A DNA stretch of 64,000 nucleotides, counting the filler, from Sphacelaria rigidula (Eukaryota): assembly GCA_964200075.2 (NCBI GenBank). It is 7 parts of 7 records of this genome, joined end to end, with 100 filler letters (N's around TTAATTAATTAA, not from the genome) between each part and the next. Parts side by side here need not be neighbours in the genome. Positions count along the whole stretch, not along the records: positions 45,842 to 54,908 come from CAXNAA020009382.1; positions 55,009 to 64,000 come from CAXNAA020009575.1; 5 more parts are not named here. One strand, given 5' to 3'. The position numbers and the translations under genes are program-made. Shown in pieces: positions 53,040 to 64,000 of this stretch (positions are counted from its first letter, which is position 1; each line of letters starts with the position of its first letter). The notes beneath the pieces are model-generated. The model saw nothing but the letters and a program-made list of their open reading frames with translations. It was not told where the DNA came from and did not search any database.

Positions 53040-53564
53040 ATAAGACACAGCCCTACGACGGTTCACTAGCCTCCATCGATCGGCCGCCTCCTTGATAATT
53101 GGGAGTGACGTCCTAGGCTATGTTCCTAATAGTAGATTCAATATTGATGCCACCTGATTACGAATCTCGCACGTACTTTAGTTCGAATTGGAGTTGCTGA
53201 TATTGTCAACGTACCTGCAGCACACATTGTTCAACGCTTGGACAGCGAGAGTAGGGCATCTGTTGAATCGGCATGCATTTCACTTGGAAAAAGTATGCAT
53301 AGTCCAGATGGACGACGTTCGCGGTCTAAGGGCTCAACAAATCAATCATCATACTTTATCGATAGCCACTCAACAGGTTGCATCGTGAAATACCCAAGTC
53401 GTGACGGAGTTACTTCGATTGTTACGTACAATGAGAGGGTACCAGCCCGGTCAGGTATCGCTCCCAAGAATCGAACAGTCACCATCGTCAATTTTTCCTT
53501 TCACAGAAAACGGGCCACAAGGATTGGAATTCATTGGTTTCGATTATTTTCCGAGCCGTCGTTA

Positions 53565-53764
53565 GGGCCTGTCTTGAGGCCTGTCTTAGCACATGAGGTT
53601 TCGATCGAAAAGTGCGGTGGAAAACAAAACTCCTGGTCTGATAGGTCATGATTTCAACCATCTTGAATATTAACGACGGTGGTTGAAATCATGACCTATC
53701 AGATCAAGATCTTTGTTTTCCATCGCAATGTTTCGATCCAAAATCCATGTGCTAAGACAGGCCC
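53565..53764. mobile_element. PIF/Harbinger (Tourist-like) MITE
   Basis: TTA|GGGCCTGTCTT...AAGACAGGCCC|TTA: 3-bp TTA TSD, and the body is almost wholly palindromic. Confidence 0.85.
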
Positions 53765-55068
53765 TTAGCACTATTCTTTTCTATCGAAAAAATGGGGCGG
53801 TGGAATCGATCTGAGCGAAAAATGCTCGTTTTGATGCAGTTGGGTGCAGATAATTTTTCAAGCTTTCGGTCGAAAAAAGATGGTGAAATTGGTGAAACGG
53901 CACAACATGGTTACTCGTGAACAGTACCGGCAGTCTGGACTGTTTAGACCCCTTGCAAGCAGGGTGTGTTGAGTGCGTATGTGCGTGTTTCGTACAGGAG
54001 GATGAAAAGGAGAAGCGGACAACGTGCGGTGTTGACAGCCCAGGACTATCAGTTCTCTCCGCTGACGATGCGACGTGAAAAGGACTCCAGCAACGTGCAG
54101 CTTTGTAATGCCTGCACTGTCCGTGAGTGTGCACGCAACTCGGTTGCCCACCGTACCGCGCGGTTCCGTCGCTGATCCCTACCATGACAGAAGATGTGCA
54201 ACTTTTCGCCAACCAAAAACCTACAAAGCACACTTGACTACTGTAGTGTATCTATCCCCGTGCTCAACTCGTGCTCTTTGCTGCAGGGTCGCGGTGGTAG
54301 CTGAGAATGAGTTGGATGGAGTTTGCATGTTCCTGTGAACAGGTGTTATCTGACATGGTGCTCTGTAAGATAGAAGCCAAGTGCCGCTTCGTGCCTTTCG
54401 ACCGCATGTTTTCGATCGAAAACGATTGTTTTTTACCTCGTTGCATTCTTCTCCGCGCGCCGCTAATTATAATCTTGAGTTGAAGCCGTCAAGCAACATA
54501 AATGCGGTGGACCTATCAGATCGGCAAAAAAAACTTCGACCGCACTTTTTCGATCGAAAACAAAAGTGCTAAGGCTATATTATGAAATGGCTGCACACAC
54601 AAACGGCGTGTTGTTGCCAGGTGGCTGATGCAGGTGTACGGTGGTCGTTAGAATCATTTCGAATGCCAGACCAAGGAAAGACTCGAGAACCTACGTTACA
54701 GGCTGCGAAGATGTCAACAGTCTCATGCAATAACGACCTCGAACTACTGTGACCCACGACGTGTTGTGTTTGTTTCTCCACATGAAAAGGCGAGACACCA
54801 CACGCGAGTCATTAACCGACGCATTTAGCCTTGATACTGTGACGAAATATCGCCTACATGATGTGCTCCGTAGTGATCAGCAGGATGATGACCGTTGACT
54901 GTGTAGTGNNNNNNNNNNNNNNNNNNNNNNNNNNNNNNNNNNNNNNNNNNNNTTAATTAATTAANNNNNNNNNNNNNNNNNNNNNNNNNNNNNNNNNNNN
55001 NNNNNNNNGCGCTGCACCGGGTGGGGGGTAGAGGTTGGGGCGGGGGGGGGGGGGGCAGAGGGGGGGGG

Positions 55069-55108
<40 letters not shown>

Positions 55109-55116
55109 GGCTGAAC

Positions 55117-55597
55117 TCGTGATCATGCATGCCATAGTCATCAGACCATTGACCTCGCAACCCTACACAGCCGGGATGGAGCACAGACCAGGCTCGCACT
55201 CGATCACCAAGCGCGAAGCCCTGTGATGTGTTCGGCGGGTCGCATGGAGGGTGAGCTGCATCCTAAGATTGTTCGACCCGAAGCCTACTGATTATCTTGC
55301 ATTTGGATGACAACCTACGTTGAGTAGCTTTATTTTCTGGTATCGCCACTTTCTGGCACAGCCACAGCTTGTACACTGCCTCATGGGTGCCTCACCATTA
55401 AACACTACGTGGCACGATCATCCCCATTGCGCTTAGTTGAGGTTCTTCCACGCCGTACAACATAAGCTAGCTCGACTACCATCATGGTTACCGCAAAAAA
55501 CCCGGTAACTTGGTAGCTTCCATAGTGAGTGGCGTTTTTTATAGCGTCATCGCCAACCGACGCCAACCCCATCGGGAGTCCGCCCTTACAAAGCCGG
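55117..55597 (-). repeat. Same C-tract-terminated repeat family
   Basis: TGATCATGCATGCCATAGTCATCAGACCATTGACCTCGC...; adjoins the poly-G tract at the contig start. Confidence 0.8.
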
Positions 55598-56492
55598 GGG
55601 GGAAGGGGGGGCGTGATCCCCTTGTACATCATGTGTGTGCAGGATCTTGGGGATACATCACCGCAGTACTACAGCTGGCGCGATATTCGTCACCGTTTCG
55701 CTGCACGTCCATATGCTGATGGTCATGGCCCTCTTCAGGAGCGGCATAGCACCGCCGACGTCTTCGTCCACATTTTATCTCCAATAACCACTCCAAACCC
55801 TCCTAAAAACAAGCACCCGTGAAGCTCGGAACGAGGGATGCGCGCGATGTTCTTAAGGGCCAAGGTTCACGTTATCCTTTTACCGCAAACCCCCCCCTTG
55901 AAATGCGCTGACGATGCCTGCTGTCTTTGTTTCATATAGTACTGATGGCCGCATTCCCTCTTGATCAATGTTGCTGGAACGGTACCGAGGTTTACGAGGT
56001 CACTGAACAAAGCCGCTGTCCCCCGCGGCGGTCAAGCTCGACCGTTTGTAACAAGTAGAGCGGGTGAGTACCTGATGTGCGGACCAATCGCCAATGGACT
56101 ACTCGAGCATACAGAGGCGACCTACTGTTGTGCGGACGCCCCCAGCTTGCCCTCGTTGGTGGCCTAGCAAGATTCTTGCACAAAACGAAACCTTCGCATG
56201 AAACGCGTGCACTCTCTACTGTCTTTCGACGATGGACAAAAACAACAAAAGTCATTGAAGCAAGGCTGGCGGAGGAATTATTACGCCTAGACGACTCCTC
56301 GTGGTCAAGGTATTGGCACAGTTGCAGCCCAGTAGCACTACATCGGAAGAGGCCCGAGGGCGGTCAGGTGTCCCCCCCCGCCTCCTTTGCGGCGAGAAGA
56401 CCCGCGGGTTTCGTCCTGCTCTCGGACTGGCAGCATATGATGGTGTGCTGACGCTCGCACATTTTCCCCTGGTATTCCACCAACGTAAACAG

Positions 56493-59353
56493 GTCAACAC
56501 AGACAACTTCGACGCGTCTTGTTGCTGTGGTTCCTGCGCGGTATATCGACGAGAGGCCTTGGAGCCGTTAGGAGGAATGGCGGTGAGTGCACTTGTCGAC
56601 CGTTGCAACTGACGTCAGCCGTCTGACAGGCAGGGTGGATCATCTAGGTTTCACTCACATTTTTCAAGCGAAAGTAATCCTAAATCCAGCATATTACTCA
56701 CTCTGGCATGTTGGGCGTCAAGTCAAGTCGTTTGGGAGGATCCTTCATGTGTCATTCCAGCAGAGGGCCACTCCGTGGTGAAGTGACGAGGGCAAGGCAG
56801 CAGTCGGCAGCAGAAGAGACTCCGCTGATACTTTGAACGTGGCGACATGAGCCTGACTCTATCTTCGATTGTATTTGCTTGCTTGGCTGTCTCCTGCTCT
56901 TTTTCTCCCACGCACCGCTAAACTGTGAGCAGGCCATTGAGCACTCCGAGGACATGTACACGGGCTTCAAAATGTCTGAATTCGGATACAGGGTGCGTAT
57001 ACGTCGTATGTTGCAGCCTGCCCGTCTTGACACTATTGCGTCCGCCCTTGTAGTCGTACCAGTAGGTACTGCGAAGATGGGTGTCAATGCAGTGTTCGCG
57101 CCTGTCTGCTTTCGCCCGAGCCGCCCGTATACCGTTGAAGCTCCACATGGAAGTGTTAAATTTATGGCTGTACTGTAGTGATGAACCCGCTCCACGTCGG
57201 TCGCTGTTCAGACCCGAGTGTACGAAGTAGATGTTGCTCGTGCGGGGCACATGAGTGTGTCAGCAAATGCACCTCTCCTGAGTACGACCACCGTCATATC
57301 CGCATCGCTTCATTTTTGCTCGCGCAGCTCAAGTTCGTCCCTCTGGTGCTGGCGATGGGCACTTGTCCCGACGAGCAGAGAAGTTTCTTCATGCAGCAGT
57401 ACCGATGGTGCATGGGAACGTGCAGCCTAGTCTTCAAGAAAGAATTCTGGAATGCGAACGTCTCAAAGCTCCACAAGTTTTGCTTCTTCAACGGAATGAT
57501 GTACTACACCGCGACGGCTCTGGTGAGTGCGGGACGCATGTGTCGGTGGTGGCGATGTCCTCTGCGCTACCCAAACAGAAACAACCTCTCGAAATCCTCA
57601 GGAAGCGAAATGCCGGAGCTGAAGTAAACGACATGCACGCGCTCTTCGGTAGGACTTTTTCTAAAGCATGGTCACCTCCAAAACGTTCAAGCAGGCTGCA
57701 TCCTTTTCAATCATGTCCACGTTCGTATGACTGGGACGACAAAGCTCTTCATCTCTCACAAACATCCCACGTCTCGACCTTTCCCCTATACGTTGATACA
57801 TCAGCTGCTGTTCGTGGGGCCGCTGCCGATTCTCCTGTTGATTTGGGTGCGCCCCGAAATCGTGAAGTTCTACCATCTCGCGGTTGTCGTGCCTGCCCTC
57901 CTGTTCACGGCGATCATCATTCCCGCCTGGTCCACCCAGAAATACGGCATGTCCAGTCACAGGGTCAGGATTATCCAATGGTGAGACACTGCCGTTTTCG
58001 CGGGAATTCATTTTTGAGGCACTCTCTGCATTGGATTTGTTGATTCGGCACGCACATGAAGCGGTGGTAAAGGCTCGGCGACAAGTGATAGAAACGTTGA
58101 TGTACTGCCTTTTTGCAGCGTTGATGTCCTTTCTGTCGGAGAAGGTGCCACAATCTGGGTGATGACGCGATTTCAAAAGGCAGGCATGAACATTTTTTTT
58201 TGGCTCGGGTGATTCGTCTTGGAAATTACATCTCTATGGACCGATCATCCGTGTTCTTGCTCTTTTTTCGTCCTCCACTCTGATTGTGTCAAGTTTTGTC
58301 CTATTGCTTCCTTTGCTCAGTTTGCTCAGTTGGTCTGATTTTCCCTTTATGGTCGTCTTGCAACGGGTGTCTCCACCTTGTTAACCCTCATTATGCCTGT
58401 TTAGTGATATACTGCTGGATATACCGACGATCGGTCATGTGCAACAATCGATCAATGAACCACTGCGAGACATCGGACTGCTGGGCACATGCCTGACGCC
58501 CTCACAACGTGAGCCTGTCACGTCATCCCCTTTTCTGGTCTTGTGCCCCTCACCGACAAAACTTCCGGCGACGATTCAGCTACGCCCACCTGTTCGCCAT
58601 CAAGGATAACATGCTGGGAACGGCGGCTGCCTGGGTCCCCAGCGGAGGCGGTGCAAAACGGTAAGAGCCGCTTGGGTTTCGGCTCCATTCTTGTGTTGAG
58701 AGCGTACGGTTTGAGATGTTGTCATGAAAACGGTGGGATATCAGGGATGAAGTCAGTTGCCCGAACCGTGGGATGGGTCCAATCACTGGACGTCGTGTCG
58801 ATGAATTGCTCGTGGTCCTGGGGTAGAAAGGATTGTGCGTGTGCATGCGGGGTACCGCTCCTGAACCAAATGCGTGTCCCCTCTTCCTTTGCTCGTATAT
58901 ACTGCTCAGGTCGTCCTCGACTGCGTACAACTCTTCGGTGTGGCTGTTGCTCATTTACAACACCTTGCTCACCGCTCTTATTGTCGGCGGATCTGCGTGG
59001 AGGCGAGTGCAAGTCGAACTATTATGTGTTCATGGTGTTGAGCTAAGCTGACTCTTGATTGATAATGTTGACACAATGTTCGACGAACAAAGCTCAACGA
59101 CCCCACACTCATGCTTGACAAGCTTGTGATCGCAACCATCTCGCGAAAACTATCGGTGAATCAATGTCCATATTCACGGGCTGTGCAGTAACAGTATAGC
59201 CCCTTATGTTCACCACGCACGTTTTCACATTTCTCCCCATGCTCTTCGGTACTATGCAGGATGACCCAGTATTCGTGGTACCACTTCGTGCCCTCACTTG
59301 TGATGGGAATCATCTGCTACGGTCTCAACTTGAGTACCTTGTGGAGCTGCTAA
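56493..59353 (+). CDS. Cellulose synthase-like GT2 glycosyltransferase, 5'-partial: join(56493..56582,56933..56992,57328..57522,57805..57980,58580..58660,58910..59002,59260..59353)
   Basis: The spliced peptide contains CGSCAVYRREALEPLGG, the catalytic SED, QQYRW (QxxRW motif), several hydrophobic transmembrane segments and WVPSG, and ends ...LSTLWSC*. All junction phases agree. The last intron is GC-AG. Confidence 0.92.
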
Positions 59354-62300
59354 CCGTTCGATTGAACTATGCTGGGGGTGCTCGGACCGTCATCACCGAG
59401 CTCATGTTGTGTTTTTTCCCAACACTGAGCTAGCTCGACTACTGACCTTGAGTTGGGCCATTTCATGTGCCGGGGGGTAAGAAGTATCACGGCGTAATGA
59501 ATGTCGGCGTTTCTTTGTTGGGAGGAACTCTAGAGGCTTGCGGTATTTGTGGTGGTATTGGGGGCTGATCGAGGGCTTTGCTCATCCGAGTTGAGATATT
59601 TGGTGCACGATGCCGTTCATGGGTTTCTTTAGATTTCTCGGTTGAAGAGTTGGTTGTTTGGTGTGGTGGAGAACGTGACGCTGAGGTTCGTCGAATAATG
59701 CTGCGCATTGTTGACATTCATCGTCTTGATCTTGAGATCCGTGGAGTGGTGTTTGTTGTCGCCATCCATGTGCTGCCAGCAGGAGAGGTGGGGTTAGCCC
59801 GTTGTCTATACTACTAGCTAGCTTGCACCCTTTCTCCGCACGGGTACCCCTCAGTGGTTTACGCGAGCCGACGGTCTCATGTCTGATTACGTCAAGTACA
59901 GAACACACGTTGAAAGTTTTGAGTCATTTTTGGTGAAGATGCTTTTCGGAGTCCGTGTGTCATCATTGACACTGTTGCTAATCGAGGTTGACCCACGGCC
60001 TGTTTGATTTGATGTTATAGGCTATAAATATCGTCCTGTGGCCCATGGTTCCTTGAACTGACACTTGTAGGTGAAGTGGTCACTCAATTTTTGACGTTTT
60101 ACATTAAGCGTTGAAATGTTACTTCAGACAACGTGTGGAACGCAGCCTGTGGGCGAGTGAGTAAGTCCATGACACTCGGGTCCACACCTCGGGCCAATCC
60201 CAAGATGCATTAAACTGCATGCGGTTCCAAGGCTTGGACCTTTGGGCAATAGGAATGTTTGATCAATTTGTTTCGTGGTGCCGGTGGAGAAGGGGTGACC
60301 CTTGGTGGCACCGCAGCCAGAAAAATTTAGGCGTGAAGCAAATTGGATTTAGTTCACTTAAACACTGAACGTCACTTGCAATTAAAGACACTTGCGACAG
60401 ACGACGTTCGTTGAAACGTGTTGGTAATTTGCGCATTTGGCATCTTCTGAACACCTCATTTACTTGAAGGGGTAATAGAGCGAAGTCACATTTAGGGCTG
60501 TCTGTCGATACCCCTTCACTTTTTGTGGCCTTTGCGGCCACTGTGTGCGCGTTGTGTCGTTGGATGAAGCAGCATACGGTATAATTTAGTGGAGCCATTC
60601 AGGCTTCTTCTGTTGTGTCCGGGCGATGCGTAAACGAAATTTGTGAAATTATTCCCGCCCCCCCTTGCGGCGTGGCATGCCCTCAGGAGAGTGAGTTCTG
60701 TAGCTCTTTCACCCCAGAAAATGCCCTCGCTGGGTGCTTCTTGTTCGTGCAATTCGAAGAGCTTCCTGCTTCGAGTCGCGTATTTGTTGAGAATAAAAAC
60801 AAGATTTTGGTGATGGCTCCGTACATACTGTTCCCATTTCATTTTTTTGTGGTATTGAGGTCGAAGCACCCGGGCAAGGTGGTTATATTGCGCGTCAAGT
60901 GTTACTTGGGTGAGGGAGGCGTTCAGTTCTATCTGTGGAAAATACGATATGTTGCCGTTGACATTCCTAGGAACTGCTTGTAATGAGCGAAGAGTGAGTG
61001 ACTGTTGATTTTTCTTTCTGCTGCTGTCCGTGTTATAGTTAGTTTGCTGTGTTTGATTCTCTGCCGTTTCTTCGTCGTATTCGAAAGATGATAGTTCTTG
61101 AAGTAGAACTCATGCCATCGGTCGTTTGTATAATTACTCTTGTCATAAATGGGTGTCCCGTGGTGTTTGTATGATGACTCATGTCGTGTTTCCTTGTTTT
61201 TGTTCCGGTGTCGTCCTTCGTGTGTGCGGCCGACTGGTCAGCACAAAGTTGAGAGTACCCCTAACACTTCCCTCGGGCTGTACGTTGTTGGTTGGGAAAC
61301 ATCATATCATTTATGCACGTACGCATTAATAAAAAAAAAGGTACCATAAGACCGTTCGATTCACATCCTCGGTGCGCGACTCTTCAGCGCAGGCAGCACA
61401 ACGGGAGAAACGAATGAGCAGGTGCTTTCGCGGGAGTTGAACTGTTGTCCCTCCGTGTTGCTTGTTCGATGACATGATTGCGTCCGGGCACCAGGACACT
61501 TGAGATGGCGTTTCGAAATGTTCAAAATGTCGGGCTGCCTCTTTTCATGGCCTCCCCCACCGTTTTTTTCCCGTCCGTGTGTGACCGAAGGTCACACAAG
61601 CATGCGTGTGTGCCTGTCGGGCTGTTGATGTTGTGGTAATCTCACGGAGACCCCGCCACGCTTTCTGCTCATGCACGTGCTACGGTGCAGTGTGCGTGCC
61701 GTGATGAGCACCCTACTCACATCCCGCATCCCGCATCACCCCACGAATGATTGCTCCAAATCTTCGTTGAGAACTCATTGCCACATGAATGATGGAGTGT
61801 CTAGCATTTGACAGGATGAACCCTCGAAGAATCGGAAGTCCTAATCCATTTAGGTCTCCGTGCTTATCGACCGTCTACTTCCGATTCTCTCGGCACTGGC
61901 GAGGTACCTGATGACTCTCGAACGCTTGCGATGGTCACGGCGTAAACATGGAGCAGATAGCCGAAGCGCTGTCACAGTAACATTTTTTCGGATTTCTCCA
62001 AAAAAAGAGCTTGAGAGATAATAGTCAAGCCGCTTTCCCAGAGATCTCTGAACGCAGGGTCCGATAAGTCTGAAAAATTCCGACATGACCGAAAAATAGG
62101 GGCGATAACAGTTGACCTTACCGGCTGGTGTTTTTCATTGGGGCTCGCAGAGTCAGTGGGGGAGAGACTCAAATTGCTGGGATGAATATAACGTATATTT
62201 TCATTGCGTTGGTGTCGTCCACCAGCAGAAGTGTGACTCCAGATTTCACAGTGATTTCGTGAGATTGAGAGTAGAGGATGCAATTGAGAGTGAAAAGCGG

Positions 62301-64000
62301 TCAATTAGTGAATGAATCGTTTCAGTTCCGAAATGCACCTCCATGAGGCCCGATATGCTTTCTGTAGTAGCCTGCCGCTGAGGCCCTTGATATTCCCGAG
62401 TAGGATGTCGACGTGTAGCTGTAAGCACACGCCAGTGATGGAGACAAAGAAAAGCACACACGGGATGAAAAATTGGATCATGTATAAAGCGAATGGTCAA
62501 AGCCACTCTCAATCTCACGAAAACGTTGTTATTTGCAGATTTGATCGATGAACTGCGGACACAGTTTCACGGCCGAAATGCCGTTCCAGGCCTCATACGG
62601 GGCCGTATACGTTTGCTGCAGTAACTCACCACAATAACGCTTCTGATAATATGAGCAGGGTACAACGTGTAGCTGCAAGCACACAACACTGTCACGTTCC
62701 AAAAGTGGACGGGATGACATGGAAAATTGGTTTATTTGGAGGAGATCGAATAGTAAAAAGCTAGACACTCGGTCAGGCGAAGGGGTTGCTGTTGATGAGG
62801 TATTGAACATGCCATGCTCACCCGAACACAGCGTCAGGTTCATGATGGGCACATCTTCCATGGAGAATTCCGACGCAGTGAGGGATAGAAATATACGGTG
62901 ACACAAATATCGTGCGAATTGGGGTGCACCCCGCGCAGGCGAGGTCGTGCGTTCGGCGCGCCAAGGACGACCTGCAAGGCGTCAAGAGAACTGATGACAA
63001 CGGATCGTCGCGCGTTGATGCGCAGCGTGAACCACTCGCTGCTCCAAATGAGTATCTGTCCCACTTGAGTATTCGTCGTTTGAAAGGAAAAGTCGGGTTC
63101 GTTTGTGGGCGCCAACAATGGACAGTGTTCATCCTGACGCCCACATCGCACATACGGATTGTTTGGTCTGCGCTGGAATGACGCTGCTCCGAGGGTATAG
63201 TTCACGTACGTCTAGTCTGAATGGCCACGGAAAAACGCCTTCTTTTGGAAATCACTGTTCACCTCTCTGACATATTTAGCGTTAAGAGAGAAAAAGCGAC
63301 AGCCTCCTCGCTGACCTCGTGACAGCCAACCACAGAGACGAAGGAAGGCTATGAGCAAAGAACTTCTGGCCGTCTTGGAAATCAATGCGCGAGATTTCCA
63401 AGAGGTAAGGAACATGTGGGGTGTGTCGTGCATGAACTTCAACGCTGACTGTAAGGTGTTTGGGGGTGTTGACAACCCACAGGCGAGCGGGAGGGGCGTG
63501 AGACTGGCGCTAGAGCCTAATGACCCAAGTATTCTGAACGGCGTGCGTGCAGCGGGGCGTGGGGAGGGGGGGACGAGAGGGGGGATGACTGTCTGACCTC
63601 GCTTCGTGGAAATATTTCTTCGCTTACAGAAGCGTACAACAACACTCGAATCACCCGCGTGATTTCATTCAGCTGTTGTTGTGGAATCTGCGTGAAATCT
63701 GTTTCGTTGTATCAAAAGTTGCGTATCATGGACCACTCAAAGATTTTAGCTTCAAACCGATCACATATTATGTAGAAGGGGATCCGCTTGCATTGCATAT
63801 CAGTACAGAAGGGAGAGAGAAAAACGCCAAGAAACGAACGGTATTCAATCGATGTTTTTCATCCCCGCACTTGCTTTGTGTCATGAATCGGGTAGCTGAT
63901 GGCGCACCTTTCGTTCGAAAGCGGGTTCATATGTATTAAACAGGGTTGCCAGAAAAATGAGAACGTATTTTGAAACGAGAATCAACCGCTCCCCGGGATT

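Noticed and set aside
55643..55780. Upstream exon of the cellulose synthase (SPQYY resembling TPQFF)
   Set aside because: The flanking residues do not fit and no compatible donor was found.

Overview
Eukaryotic DNA, intron-rich and repeat-rich, most likely from a brown alga (Phaeophyceae). That assignment is inferred from gene structure, the cellulose-synthase type and TTAGGG motifs. The window is not one locus. It is seven unlinked contigs of about 9,068 bp joined by artificial 100-nt N44-TTAATTAATTAA-N44 spacers, so nothing can be linked across spacers. Three spliced genes, all 5'-partial, reconstruct with consistent splice phases: an SF1 (Upf1/IGHMBP2-like) helicase (+, 993-3067), a GT41/SPINDLY-like O-glycosyltransferase (-, 26211-20094) and a GT2 cellulose-synthase-like gene (+, 56493-59353) with a GC-AG intron. 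There is also one large exon of unknown function (-, 40412-39040). The rest is mostly mobile DNA: a decayed Ty3/gypsy integrase, an RTE-like LINE remnant, tRNA-derived SINEs, several MITE families, a TSD-flanked element built from palindromic modular repeats, a foldback element carrying telomere-like motifs, a long diverged inverted repeat, a 1.5-kb duplicated unknown element and a near-perfect 100-nt hairpin. I found no CRISPR array, rRNA or intact tRNA, and I cannot support a clear-cut new multi-gene system.
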